Under the pieces are notes generated by a model. The model saw nothing but the letters and a program-made list of their open reading frames with translations. It did no database searches and was not told the origin of the DNA. Both the position numbers and the translations under genes were made by a program. Shown in pieces: positions 20,931 to 31,800 of a stretch of 59,919 nucleotides of DNA. How positions within the stretch are numbered: the stretch's first letter is position 1; every line of letters begins with the position of its first letter. The DNA lies in assembly GCA_012517255.1 (NCBI GenBank), contig JAAYVH010000027.1, positions 1-59,919 on the forward strand, read 5' to 3'. Origin of the DNA: Chthonomonadales bacterium (lineage in GTDB: Bacteria > Armatimonadota > Chthonomonadetes > Chthonomonadales > CAJBBX01).

Positions 20931-23606
20931 TCAGCGCGTCACCACCAGCGGAGCAACCACACGCGCGGTCTGCCCGTCACCGGATACCGCCTTGATCTCC
21001 ACCGTGTAGGTGCCCGCTGGAACTGCAACGCCCTTGCTGTCGCGCATATCCCAGATGATCTGGGCCAGCTCGGTCCCGCTGGTCGCTCGGCTTGTCAGGC
21101 GTCGAACCGCCGTTCCCGTCGGTCCAAGAACTCGAACGGTGAGCGCTGCGCTCTGAGTCGCCGCCACTGCAATGGTCGCCGTTGACCTGCTCCGGGACGG
21201 CGTGACATTCCACGACGTGATCCTGAAGGCGCCGCCAGCCGATCGCGGCTCTGCCGTGATCGTCAGTGAGCGCGTTCCGGTCGGGCCGGTGTTGATCGTG
21301 ATAGAACTGGCCTGCCGCATCGCGCGGCGTGGGCTGCCTGCATCATCGGCGATGTACAGCTCGTGGGTCTTAGGCAACGTGCCGATCTCGGGCCACGTGA
21401 TGGTCACATCGGTGTTCGGCTCGCGTGAAGTCACGGCTAGACGCCACGTCTTCGCGCCTCCGGCAGGCGATCGCATGTCTTGCGCGTACGCTTCCGCTCG
21501 GCCGCCAGTCTCCTCGCGGACGATGGCCATCGAGACGCTTTCCGCAGGCGCCGGAGGCTTCGCGACGTCCCGAACATCCGATCCGTCGAGAGCGTCGGGG
21601 CCTATCCCGATGAAGTTGCAGGCGTCCGAGGTTACGCCATCCGAAGCCTTCAACCGGAGACGCCAACCGCCGGAAGGCGCCACTGATCGCGACCATGCGG
21701 CGATCTGTGCGGCGCGACCGGTCGGCTTCGTGATGAGCAGCTCCAGGTTCGGCTTGTTAGCCTTGACCCAGTACCCCGCGACGGGCAACAGATCCGTGGC
21801 GTAGTCCTGATCGAACTCGTAGCTGCCCGTCGCCGGATTGTAGCGGAAGATCGCCGACGAGATCCATTGGCGGGTGACGCTCGCTGCATCCTGAACGCTC
21901 AGGGGCACCAGATAGTCAGGATCCGTGGCGTCCGTGTTGATCACGCGCACATCTGCCCAGCGGACGCGGAGCAGATAGGGGTTGGCTACCTGGTTCCACC
22001 CGCGGGCCAGCTTCACGCTGAAGTCCCCGGTGGGCGTCTGCACGGGCTGCGGGTCGTTGAGCGTCAGCGTCGAGTTATTCGAAAGGCGCAGCCAGTAGCC
22101 TTCGCCCGGATTGATGTACTGAACGGCCTGGTAGTGACCTGCGGCCGCGTTCCACCGCACGAGGTCATAGAAGCCGGATCCCAGCTGGATAGCGCCGGCG
22201 GGCGTCCGGTCGTCCAGCACGTAGGGGAACGAGACCATCTGCCAGCCCGCACCGAACTCCTGCGACGGCAAGGCTGGGATGTCAATGTCCCTGGCTACGC
22301 TGATGCCCTGGCCGCCGGGATCGGCGCTGATCGCCACAGAATAGGTCAGACGTCCGGAAATCGTCCCGGTTGGCACCACGTCCCACTTGAAGGTCGCTTC
22401 GCCGTCGGCTCCAATGGTCGCCACGGTCTTTAGCGACGTCTGGCCGGCCGCCAGCTTGAGACCCTCAGGCAACGACAGCACGGCCCTAACGTTGCCGATT
22501 GCCACGGTGTTCATGTTGTGGACGAACGCCGTGATCGCCATCGGGTTGGGCTGAAGCTGCTTGTCGGCCGGTTGCGACGGATCGTACGTCAAAGAAGGCG
22601 GTCCTTCAAGGCCCGCCGCAAGCCGCTGGCCGAACTCATATGCGGCGCCTGCTGCACCGAACACCATCGTCACGTCGCGCTTCTGCCCCGGAGCGTACTG
22701 CACCGGATTGTAGTAGACAGCCGCGGAGCCGTCCAGAAGGTCCCCCACGAACTCCTCGCCGGCAGTCGGGGTGAAGTCCCAAATAGACCCGGCAACGTTC
22801 TTGGTCAGCCCGAATACGAGCCGGTCCGGCCGCGTCGGATATGGCGAGCTCCCGCTCGGCAACAGGCTTGCACCAACGGTACTGGGGCTCTGCGCAGCCG
22901 CCGCGCGCCAGTAGGCGGGGATGAAGGTGCTGATCAGCGAAGTCTCGGTCCTGATCATGCCAGTGCGCGAGGTCATGACGGGACCATCAACGCTCTGGGG
23001 CACCGCGAAGTCCTGTGCGAAGCGCAGACCGACCGTGTGGGGTCGCGTGTCCTTATTGGTGACGGTGAAGGTGTACAGAACCATGTCGTACACCAGCCGC
23101 ATCTTCAGGTCAACCTGTATCTCAGGAATGGCGGGATCGGCCTCGGCGTCCGGTATCGTTCTCCACTTGGCCACGATCACCGTTGGGCTCACGACTGTCG
23201 GCACCTGCACCCACTCACCCGTGATATCCGTGTCCTCGGTGTCCTCATATCCCCACGCGATGTCCCAGCCGGGTACGCCTTCCGCCACAGTGCCATCTGC
23301 GAGGAATGGGGTGCCTCCGTCGATCCGGACCGTAACATAGCTTCCGATCTGCCCCAGATCCGTCGAGCGCGGCAACTGGAGCAGGACGCCGCCAGACTGG
23401 CCCGCTTCCACGATTCCGAATCTGCCGGCCACATTCACGCTGTTAAGATCATCCTCCTGGCCCACGGAAGCCGCCAGCTTGGAGTTCTGGATCGTGACAA
23501 GCGTCTGGCCCCATGCCGGCCGCATTGTGCCGGCCACCAGCGCCAATCCGGCCACCATCGCCGCAACCGGCATAATCCGCTTGCTGCGTGCGCTAAGCCA
23601 CCCCAT
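20931..23606 (-). CDS. Secreted protein (891 aa) with NEW3-like Ig domain, shared C-terminal module and FlgD-Ig domain
   Basis: GGGAGGA SD before ATG 23606; signal peptide; VRAVLSLPEGL...FKWDV; GWNQVANP, GYWVKA, WDMRDSKG..VPAGTY. Confidence 0.85.
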   Translation of the reverse strand: MGWLSARSKRIMPVAAMVAGLALVAGTMRPAWGQTLVTIQNSKLAASVGQEDDLNSVNVAGRFGIVEAGQSGGVLLQLPRSTDLGQIGSYVTVRIDGGTPFLADGTVAEGVPGWDIAWGYEDTEDTDITGEWVQVPTVVSPTVIVAKWRTIPDAEADPAIPEIQVDLKMRLVYDMVLYTFTVTNKDTRPHTVGLRFAQDFAVPQSVDGPVMTSRTGMIRTETSLISTFIPAYWRAAAAQSPSTVGASLLPSGSSPYPTRPDRLVFGLTKNVAGSIWDFTPTAGEEFVGDLLDGSAAVYYNPVQYAPGQKRDVTMVFGAAGAAYEFGQRLAAGLEGPPSLTYDPSQPADKQLQPNPMAITAFVHNMNTVAIGNVRAVLSLPEGLKLAAGQTSLKTVATIGADGEATFKWDVVPTGTISGRLTYSVAISADPGGQGISVARDIDIPALPSQEFGAGWQMVSFPYVLDDRTPAGAIQLGSGFYDLVRWNAAAGHYQAVQYINPGEGYWLRLSNNSTLTLNDPQPVQTPTGDFSVKLARGWNQVANPYLLRVRWADVRVINTDATDPDYLVPLSVQDAASVTRQWISSAIFRYNPATGSYEFDQDYATDLLPVAGYWVKANKPNLELLITKPTGRAAQIAAWSRSVAPSGGWRLRLKASDGVTSDACNFIGIGPDALDGSDVRDVAKPPAPAESVSMAIVREETGGRAEAYAQDMRSPAGGAKTWRLAVTSREPNTDVTITWPEIGTLPKTHELYIADDAGSPRRAMRQASSITINTGPTGTRSLTITAEPRSAGGAFRITSWNVTPSRSRSTATIAVAATQSAALTVRVLGPTGTAVRRLTSRATSGTELAQIIWDMRDSKGVAVPAGTYTVEIKAVSGDGQTARVVAPLVVTR

Positions 23607-23677
23607 CAATCGTTCCTCCCCTATGGCCTCTGCCGTAGCTGCCTGGCCGACACACCTTCTTGTCGCTCGCACGTCCA

Positions 23678-26600
23678 TCACCGAACCATCGAGAACGGCT
23701 GGATCACGCGGACGACATCACCATCTGATCCGATCGCCTTGATCTGCATCAGGTACGTGCCCGCAGGAACGCTGCGGCCTGCGGCATCGCGACCACCCCA
23801 TACGAGGTTGATGTCACCTGCCTGAGCGGCCCGAGAGCCGACCGTCGCGACCGGTCTGCCGTCGGCGCCAAGCACTCGCACGTCGTAGGTCGCCGCATTC
23901 GACAACGTAAACCCGATCTGCACCGCGCCGGTTGCGCGCGTCGATCCCGTGCGCACCGCCACGTTGGTGATCCGCGTAGCGTTGCCCGTAGCCGGGACTG
24001 CGCTAACCTTGAACAGCCTCGGGGTCGGATTGGGGCCCGCATTGAACGTCACCGACGCGCGGGTCCGCATGTCAACCGTCTGACCGGTCGCCACGTCGGT
24101 CCAGAGGAGCTTGACATTCCTTGGCCACGACGCAACCGCATTCCAGCGAACCGTCACATCCGCATTGGCCACATCGGTACTGACCACCACATCCCAGACC
24201 TTTTGACCGCCAGCGGAACGCATGTCCTGCGCGAGCAGTCCGCCGCTGACATCCGAGTTCTGGATACCGACCGTGACATATGGGCTCACCATCGGAGGCT
24301 TGGCAACATCCGCGAGATCGCGGCCATCCGACGCTCCCGACGAAACACCCAGGAAGTTGTAGGTGTCGTTCTGGCCGGCTGTCGATGCGGCTAGCCGCAA
24401 CTTCCAGCCCGAACGATCGGCAACACTGGCAACAGCCGTGGCCGACCGCGTTGCGCGGGCCGGGGGAACGACCAGCGCGATATCGGCCTGAGTCGTAACG
24501 CCGATCCAGTGGCCTTCCCATGCGCGCAGTGCGCCATCGGGCAGTGTTCGGAACGTGTAGCCATTGGCGCCGTCGTACGAGAAGATGTTCGGAAGCACGT
24601 ACCCGCGGTCGACGGCAGCGCCGATCGTGATGCGGCCTTCAGGCGTGTCCACAAGCAGCGCGTTGAACGGCACATCAAACGGGAACGGGCATCCCACCAT
24701 GTTCCAGTTGATCGGCACCCCCAGGCTGCCGCGGCCACGCAACGGGATGATGAACGGCTTGGCAGGCATGGCCTGACCTTTGGTCAGCACAGGCTTGACC
24801 GACTCCGTATCGGCCCAGAAAGCAAGGCCGACCGGGTACTTCGGCGCAGGATCGCCCTCGGGACGCGGCCTGACGTCGGGCGGGCTGAAGGACGCTCCCG
24901 GATCGGTTCCGACCATCGGCGCGTAGATTGCGTAGCGGTTTTCCAGAGGCATCCATCGCGCCAGCCGGAACGTCAGGCCGAAGTACGTCTCCGGGGTTGC
25001 GTCTTCCTGATAGTAGGGTATCGAGATCAGCGAGCGGCCTGCTGCGATCTGCCGCGGCTGGATGACAAACTTGCGCGTATCGGTGACAACGCGATCCGGC
25101 GGACCGGGCTTGACGCCTGACACTTCGACCACATTCTGGCCCGCTGGCATGTCTACGCCCTGAATCACCGCTTCGTACACTACCGGCACATCGTTGCCCT
25201 GGAGGTCCTTTACCGTCCGGGTGACATTCTCGACCGTCCACGAAGTAACGATCGCGCCGTTCAGCTTCACGGTGAGATTCGAGGGTTCTATCTGATTCAC
25301 GGCGATCCGAATGAGAGGTCGCATCGTCTCGACGGGATCCGGATTCCTTGGGATACCACCCTGCGAGGCCTTCCCACCCGTGCCGTCGGGCTCTACGACC
25401 GTGACGCTAACCCCTGCCTTGAGCAGCGCGGCGTAGGCATCGATGACCCCGTAGCCGTAGGCATCGCTCGGGACCGTCGTCATCATCGAGCGGTCAGCGG
25501 TGCTCGTCAGTGCTTCCTTGATTTCCGAGGGCGCAGCGCCAGCGCTCAGCAGCAGAGCAACCACGCCTGCAGCGTTGGGAGCGGCCATAGAGGTGCCCTG
25601 CAGGAACTCATAGCCGCCGCTCGAGAGCAGGTAGGTGCTCAGCACGCCATCCGTCGGCGCGGTCTCTTGATTCCCGCCAGGCGCGGTGATGGTCGTGTAC
25701 TTCCGAGCCGACGAGTAGGGAGCCTGACGCTTCAGCTTATCGCACGCGGCCACGCAGATGATGTTCGGCTCGAGCTGCGCCAGATAGGCCGGCGTGATGG
25801 GAGGGTTTCCGTCCGTGAAGCTATTGCCAGCCGCGATGGTGAAGACCACCCCTGCACGCGCCATCTGGACGATCTTGGCCTCATCCGGCGGGAGCTGCGC
25901 CGGCGGCGTATCGGAAGTCGTCGGCGCGCCGAGGCTCATATTGACGGCGTGAACGCCCTGTGTCTGCGCATACTGGAGCGCATCGACAATGGCGGTGATC
26001 GTAGTGCCGCCGTCTCCGCCCTTCAGCGGGAGAACCTTCACCCCCTCGTACGCGACCCCCGCGACGCCAATGCCGTTGTTCGTCGCAGCCACGATCGTCC
26101 CAATGACATGGGTGCCATGTCCGTCATTGTCCGTGACATCGGTGGTCGAACCGCCGCTGGCGTTGTAACCCGGCAGCAGGCGTCCCTGGAGGTCCGGATG
26201 GCTCACCGTCACGCCTGAGTCCACAACGCCAACGATGATGCCGTCCTTTCCCTTCTCGAGGTCCCACGCCTGAGGCATGTTCATCAGGGGGAGGTGCCAC
26301 TGCTCGCGGTACCGAGGATCGTTGGGCACGGTATCAAGATAACGATAGATACGGTTCGTGCCGACCCAGCGGAACAGAGGGCTTGGCTTCAGCGCGTTGA
26401 CGGCATCCGTGGTTTGCGCTGCGGTAGGCGCCGCGCCGCCCGCCGATTTGACACGAAGCAGGTAGACGCCCGGCATCAGGCACGCACGCACGAACTCGCA
26501 GTTCGCATCGGCGCCGGCGTTGCGCACGGCGGCCTCGGACACGCCGTCCTGCGCCCACACAACCACTTCCCCCGGCACAAATGCCGGGGCGTCAGCGGCA

Positions 26601-26680
26601 AGCGCCGGGCCGCCGGTCAACAGCAGTCCCAGGCCCGCCGCAAGGCACACCTGCGCACAGATTCGAAGCCACTTGTTCAT
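23678..26680 (-). CDS. Secreted S8 subtilisin-like serine protease with shared C-terminal module and FlgD-Ig domain
   Basis: Catalytic triad motifs VVDSG, HGTHV and GTSMA; oxyanion AAGN; prodomain; PNDP.Y..QW; C-terminal WGGRDAAG..VPAGTY. Confidence 0.92.
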   Translation of the reverse strand: MNKWLRICAQVCLAAGLGLLLTGGPALAADAPAFVPGEVVVWAQDGVSEAAVRNAGADANCEFVRACLMPGVYLLRVKSAGGAAPTAAQTTDAVNALKPSPLFRWVGTNRIYRYLDTVPNDPRYREQWHLPLMNMPQAWDLEKGKDGIIVGVVDSGVTVSHPDLQGRLLPGYNASGGSTTDVTDNDGHGTHVIGTIVAATNNGIGVAGVAYEGVKVLPLKGGDGGTTITAIVDALQYAQTQGVHAVNMSLGAPTTSDTPPAQLPPDEAKIVQMARAGVVFTIAAGNSFTDGNPPITPAYLAQLEPNIICVAACDKLKRQAPYSSARKYTTITAPGGNQETAPTDGVLSTYLLSSGGYEFLQGTSMAAPNAAGVVALLLSAGAAPSEIKEALTSTADRSMMTTVPSDAYGYGVIDAYAALLKAGVSVTVVEPDGTGGKASQGGIPRNPDPVETMRPLIRIAVNQIEPSNLTVKLNGAIVTSWTVENVTRTVKDLQGNDVPVVYEAVIQGVDMPAGQNVVEVSGVKPGPPDRVVTDTRKFVIQPRQIAAGRSLISIPYYQEDATPETYFGLTFRLARWMPLENRYAIYAPMVGTDPGASFSPPDVRPRPEGDPAPKYPVGLAFWADTESVKPVLTKGQAMPAKPFIIPLRGRGSLGVPINWNMVGCPFPFDVPFNALLVDTPEGRITIGAAVDRGYVLPNIFSYDGANGYTFRTLPDGALRAWEGHWIGVTTQADIALVVPPARATRSATAVASVADRSGWKLRLAASTAGQNDTYNFLGVSSGASDGRDLADVAKPPMVSPYVTVGIQNSDVSGGLLAQDMRSAGGQKVWDVVVSTDVANADVTVRWNAVASWPRNVKLLWTDVATGQTVDMRTRASVTFNAGPNPTPRLFKVSAVPATGNATRITNVAVRTGSTRATGAVQIGFTLSNAATYDVRVLGADGRPVATVGSRAAQAGDINLVWGGRDAAGRSVPAGTYLMQIKAIGSDGDVVRVIQPFSMVR

Positions 26681-26771
26681 GCTTGCTAAGCTCCTCTCAC
26701 GCTAACCGTTGTGGCGGGCGTCGCTCCGAACGAAGTGACGCCCTGCCATGTCTCGTGCCGTCGCTCGATAC

Positions 26772-28691
26772 CTACGGGGGTGGAGGCGGCATGTCGGCGG
26801 GCGTGAAGCTCCGCACTTCGGAATACACATAACGGAAGGTGCGGTCACCATCCGCATGGTTACGCGTGATCCAATGCACCGGCCCGGGCCGATCCTCGTC
26901 GTTCCGACCGCCGACGCGCCAGTAGATCGTCGGCTTTGCGGCGCCGGGGACGCGGTTCACGTAGTTGGCGAACACCGGATCCTTCAGCAGGACAGGATTT
27001 GTCGTCAGATCGACTGCGCTTCCCAGTACCTGGGTGACGCCTGTTGCCAGCGGCGCCGTCGAATAGACCCGCGGCAGTTGGAGGATCAGCGACTTGTTCT
27101 TGAACGTCCTGTCTGTGCTGACCTCTACTACGAACACGTCCGCGCCGGTGGTGCTCATCCACGTCGGGTTGAACCTCGTCAGGTCGACGTTGCTGTACAG
27201 GTTCTCCGGCATTACCAGCAAGGGCTGGGCAATCGGCGTCACACTCCCCGACGGAACCGGCGAGGTTCCGACGTCTTCGGTGCCGACCTGATTGTTGCCG
27301 CCGCCGCCCTGATTGCCGCCGGTATTGCTGACGGCGAGGGGCCGACGAATGACAGCCGTGAGCGCATACGTGTAGGTCCGTCCGACTGTGAAACCAGGAA
27401 CCGCACCGGCCTCAGGCGTCACGACCTCAGCCTCCGTGCCGCCGTTATTGCCTGTGCCGCCTCCGGTACCGGGCAGCGGAGCTCGCAGGAAGCTGCGCGT
27501 GCCGTCCCAGTAGCTGTACGGAGCAGCGCGGTCCACATAGCGAGGCTCGTACTGCTTGGACGCGATGGGCTCGCCCTGGAAGTTGTAAGGGGCGTCGGGT
27601 ACGCGCCATATCTGGTGTTCTAGCGTCGTTGCGCCCCAGAAGTTGTCGCGCCAGGTGATGCGGACCGTCGGCTCGACACCCTCGACGTCCGCTTCGGCAG
27701 TGACGCCCGTCACGCTCGTGTTCTTGCCGCCCATGACGGCCGCCGCGATTACGACGCCGGCCGCGAGCACGACCAGAACCTTACCCAGAGATGCCACGGA
27801 TCCGCGTGCCGGTGCGGGCTCGGTCTTAATGCCCTTCACTCCCGGGATTGCGGCGAACACCGGCATCGCCATGATCGCCCTGACCTTATCCTCGGGCCGG
27901 ATACCCAGCGTGTTCTCAACCACCTTGGCTTCGGAGTCCGTCGAGAAGACATTGGTGATCTGGATCTTGCCGACCCTTTGCCCCTCGCGGGTCACCAGCA
28001 TCTGCTGGCCGGCTTGCACGCCATCGCGTGATCCGCGGTTCACGAGTATCTGCAGGCTGCTCTGCGGTCCCACGGTGCTCACGATGGTGCCGTCGGGCAG
28101 ATTGGTCGAGAGGATCTGCTTCACCGCGAGCACAGCCGCGTTGTCCACAGCCTCCTGCGCCAGCGACTCATCGTCACTCTGGCCTGGCCGGCCACGGACC
28201 TCGCCCACCTGGGCGGCCCCATTCACGAGCTCCTGTGAGCCTGGCGCGCGCACCATTACCTTCAGTCCGGCGAGCACGCGCTTCGGATCCGACTTGGCGA
28301 CCGTGTTTACGAAGCTGACCTCGCCCGTGACGATGGCCGTCGCGCCGAACGCGGCTGCCAGTCTGTCCTGAGCAACGCGATCGTAGGGACGCTTCAGGCC
28401 CAGCGTGGCCGCCTGCCGCTCAACCTCGTCTCTCCTGAGGACCTCAAAGCGGGCTGAGTTCGCCAGTTCGACTGCCACCGCGTCTGTTGCTCGTCGGGCC
28501 AGCGCCTCGCCGAGAAAACCGGCCTTGTTGACGAAGTCAATCACAACCGCAGTTTGCAGACCCGTTGCCACCGGCGTTTGCGCATATGCGGCGTCCGGGC
28601 CGATCATTCGGCAGGCCATCGGAGCCAGCATGGCTACCGTCAGGACCCAGCTCACAGCCCGGGCGACCCTGCTTCTTCTGATCCGTTTCAC
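26772..28691 (-). CDS. Secreted CsgG-like + FlgT-C-like protein with internal hydrophobic segment, FN3-like domains and poly-Pro tail
   Basis: GTG start with GGAGG SD; VIDFVN...ATDAVAVEL...FEVL..DEV...FGATAIVTGEV; VNRGSRDGVQAGQ...VGKIQI; LVVLAAGVVIAAAVMGG; ends DMPPPPP. Confidence 0.7.
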   Translation of the reverse strand: MKRIRRSRVARAVSWVLTVAMLAPMACRMIGPDAAYAQTPVATGLQTAVVIDFVNKAGFLGEALARRATDAVAVELANSARFEVLRRDEVERQAATLGLKRPYDRVAQDRLAAAFGATAIVTGEVSFVNTVAKSDPKRVLAGLKVMVRAPGSQELVNGAAQVGEVRGRPGQSDDESLAQEAVDNAAVLAVKQILSTNLPDGTIVSTVGPQSSLQILVNRGSRDGVQAGQQMLVTREGQRVGKIQITNVFSTDSEAKVVENTLGIRPEDKVRAIMAMPVFAAIPGVKGIKTEPAPARGSVASLGKVLVVLAAGVVIAAAVMGGKNTSVTGVTAEADVEGVEPTVRITWRDNFWGATTLEHQIWRVPDAPYNFQGEPIASKQYEPRYVDRAAPYSYWDGTRSFLRAPLPGTGGGTGNNGGTEAEVVTPEAGAVPGFTVGRTYTYALTAVIRRPLAVSNTGGNQGGGGNNQVGTEDVGTSPVPSGSVTPIAQPLLVMPENLYSNVDLTRFNPTWMSTTGADVFVVEVSTDRTFKNKSLILQLPRVYSTAPLATGVTQVLGSAVDLTTNPVLLKDPVFANYVNRVPGAAKPTIYWRVGGRNDEDRPGPVHWITRNHADGDRTFRYVYSEVRSFTPADMPPPPP

Positions 28692-28874
28692 TCTGAGAGT
28701 TCCTCCCTGGATCACATTCCCCACGGTCCGCGCTCTTCGCCGGTGCCGCAGCAAACGTTGCATCTCGTTCTGGGCGAGCTTACAGCCCGCCTTACTCGCC
28801 ACTTGTTGGTGGCGCTATTCCACCCGACACTTCAGGTTGCAGGGCCGCACATCCCGTGCGGCCCATCTACCTGG

Positions 28875-31800
28875 CTACCTCGTCAGTATGATCTGCGTCA
28901 ACGCACGTGCGGTCTGCTTGCCGTCCGGCGTCTGTGCGCGTATCTCAACGCGGTAGGCGCCAGCGGGCATGGTGATACCCCGGCTGTCCCGCTGATCCCA
29001 CCGCACCTGCTGCTGACCAGCCGCACGGCTCGTTCCCGCCGGCAGCGTCCGGACCACGGCACCGGAACTGCTGAGGATGCGCACGGTCACCGTTGCAGCA
29101 GTCGAGGTCACGAAGCTGATCTCGGCGCCCGAACCTCTTCCGTTTTGCGTCGCCCGGGCGTCGGTGATCCTGAGCGCGGACCGATCCAGCATCGCCATCT
29201 CGATGCGGAACTTGCGCTCACTGACCGCGCCGTCCGTCTGCCAACTATACCCACTACTGGACCGCATATCCCGCTGTACACCCGTCGCGACATCGACGAG
29301 GGTCAATGCGGCGTTTCGACCGGCTGTCGCAATGTCAGGCCAGGTGAGAGTGGCCGTGCCGCCGACACCCGCCGTGGTCACGGTAAACTCCCAAACCCGC
29401 GGCGTGTTCGACGCCGACCGGATGTCCACGCCATAGCCGCCCGACCGGTCGCCCCAATCGGCATGATCGAAGGTGACCCGCACGAACCGATCGCCGAATG
29501 CCGGCGGCTTCTCGCCCTTGTATGCGTCGAAGCCCTCCGCCGCACCGGTTGCGACGCCGAACTGGTTGCCCGCATCCCGGAGACCGCCCGCTTCAGCTAT
29601 GAGGTTGACCGACCAGCCCTGCGCACCTCTCAGCACCGCGCGGCTCGTGGCGCTCTGAGCTGCACGGCCATACCGTCCGATCACCGGATCGAGCCTCAAC
29701 GTGACGTTTCGGTACGCTCGCACCCAGTAACCACGCCACGGCGCGATCTTGTAGTCCAGGATGTAGCTGCCGGAGACGTAGGTGTATAGAGCCGAGCCGA
29801 TGGCTCCCGTTGCTATGGCATCGTTGAACGGCTTCACTGACCCGCCGTCCACGACGAAGGACTTCGTCCAATCCAGATCGAACAGGAACGGATTCCCGAT
29901 CAGGTTCCAGCCAACGTTCAGCGGAATGTCGAACGGCCTGCTCGTGTCCGCCACGGTCCCTTCCTGGCTTAGCGGTATGTTGTTCTTGTAGGCCATGAAG
30001 TAGCCGCGTCCCGACCGGAACGAGTTGACGCCAGCCTGCGGATAATAGCGGTATCGCTGGAGATCCCACGTCGCGAGCAAGAAGCTTCCGTTGGTCCGAT
30101 CGGCGGGCGGGATGCTGAGGAGATCGCCGGCATCCACCGCGCTGTAGTCATAAGGCGTCGATACCAGCGTCAGCGAGCCCGAGAACGTGTGGAGCGGCTC
30201 CATCTGGAAGTTCACGTTGCGAGTCTCCGTCTGGCTGTCCACCTTCGCTTGCCGCGAGGCAGGCACCGGCGTGAAGCCCTGAGCGGAGACCATGACTGTG
30301 TAGGTCACACCCGCCGGCACGTCTTCCAGCTTGTAGTTGTAGGTGTAGCCGCCGCTGGACACGGCCGTGGTCGTCGTGCCCTCGGCAACCAGATTGCCTG
30401 CAGGATCCCGCACCTCGACACGCACGCCAGCCTGCGCCACGCCGTCACTGGTCCTCGTGACGAGGCCAGAGATGGAGCCAGGCGGGATGGTGGCCAGCTT
30501 GATCGTCGGAACCGTGGCTGTCTCGTTGCTGTTGACGGTTACCGTCTGAGGCGCGCTCGGGCTGTAGCCAGCCGCCGCCGCCACAAATCCCCACGAGCCC
30601 GGATCGAGCCCGTTGGGCGGGGTGTTGTTCTTGCTGAACGAGTAGTTGCCGTTGGCGTCGGTTATCGCAGTGACGTTCGTGGTGCCCTGTGTTGCCGTCA
30701 CGGTTGCGCCAGCAATCGGCTGATCCGTCGCTTCAGCTAGGACACGCCCGGTCGCACCGCCTTGCTCAGCCTTGAGCTTGAAGTTGAAGCCGGTATAGAC
30801 CTTGGCGGGCTGCAGAACCGTATCGCGCTGCCCCTGAATGGGGTCATTCGGGTTCGGCACCGGGTAGCTAACCGGGATGCTCTCGCCGTAGCCGACCGCA
30901 GTACAGGTCAGCGTGTAGGTCGTCTGCGAGGGCACGCGGCTGATCGTGTAGTCGCCGTTCGCGTCTGTCGTAGCTGTGAAGGTCGCATTCGGCGGCAACA
31001 CGTCGGTCAGCGTAACCGTCGCGCCAACCACCGGTGTGGTGCCGTCCAGGCGGGTCACCTTGCCTGTGACAACGGCCGGTTCCGCCTTGGTCATCCTGAA
31101 GCTGATGTCGTCGCGCGCAGCACCGTGGACCACCACGCCCGTCCGCTTTTGGATCGTATAGCCGGGCTTCATCGCGGAGATCTCGTACGCCGCCGGCTCG
31201 ACGCCGTTGATGAAGAACGAGCCATCGTCAGCGGTCATCGCGGTGTAGGCCGTTACCAACTGGCTGCCGCTCTGCCTGTTCGAGAGCCGAACCAGCGCGT
31301 TCGACAGCGGCGCGCCGGCGTTCTCGACGTCAAGAACCGTCCCCGTGATCGTCCCGGTTCTCGCCCAGCAGACGAAGTTGTGGAACAGCTCGCTGCGCCG
31401 GTTCTTGAGGGCGATTGTGTTCTGCGTGTTTGCGGGGCTCCACCAATCGGGGAACAGGCCCTCAAGGCCCATCGGGCTGTAGACGAGCCTGCTTCCGGTC
31501 GCGGGATCCAGATAATAGTGGACCGCGGTGCCTCCCCCGCCGTAGGTGAGAACAGGCACAGCGCCCGTCAGAGAGTTCACGACATCCGGATAGAAGTTGC
31601 CCGGACACGCCAGAGCCCGCGGATTGTTGCTGTCGCTGCCTGCCGCCACGTAGTTGGTCGCGGCGGATATGGGATGGAAGTTGCCCGGCGGCTCGGGCGG
31701 CCCCGGATACACATGCTGCGACGACAGGAAGGTGCCCGGGATGTTCACCCATGGATCATGCGAAATCGGGTTGTACGCTCCGGCCGGTGTCAGCGCGTAT

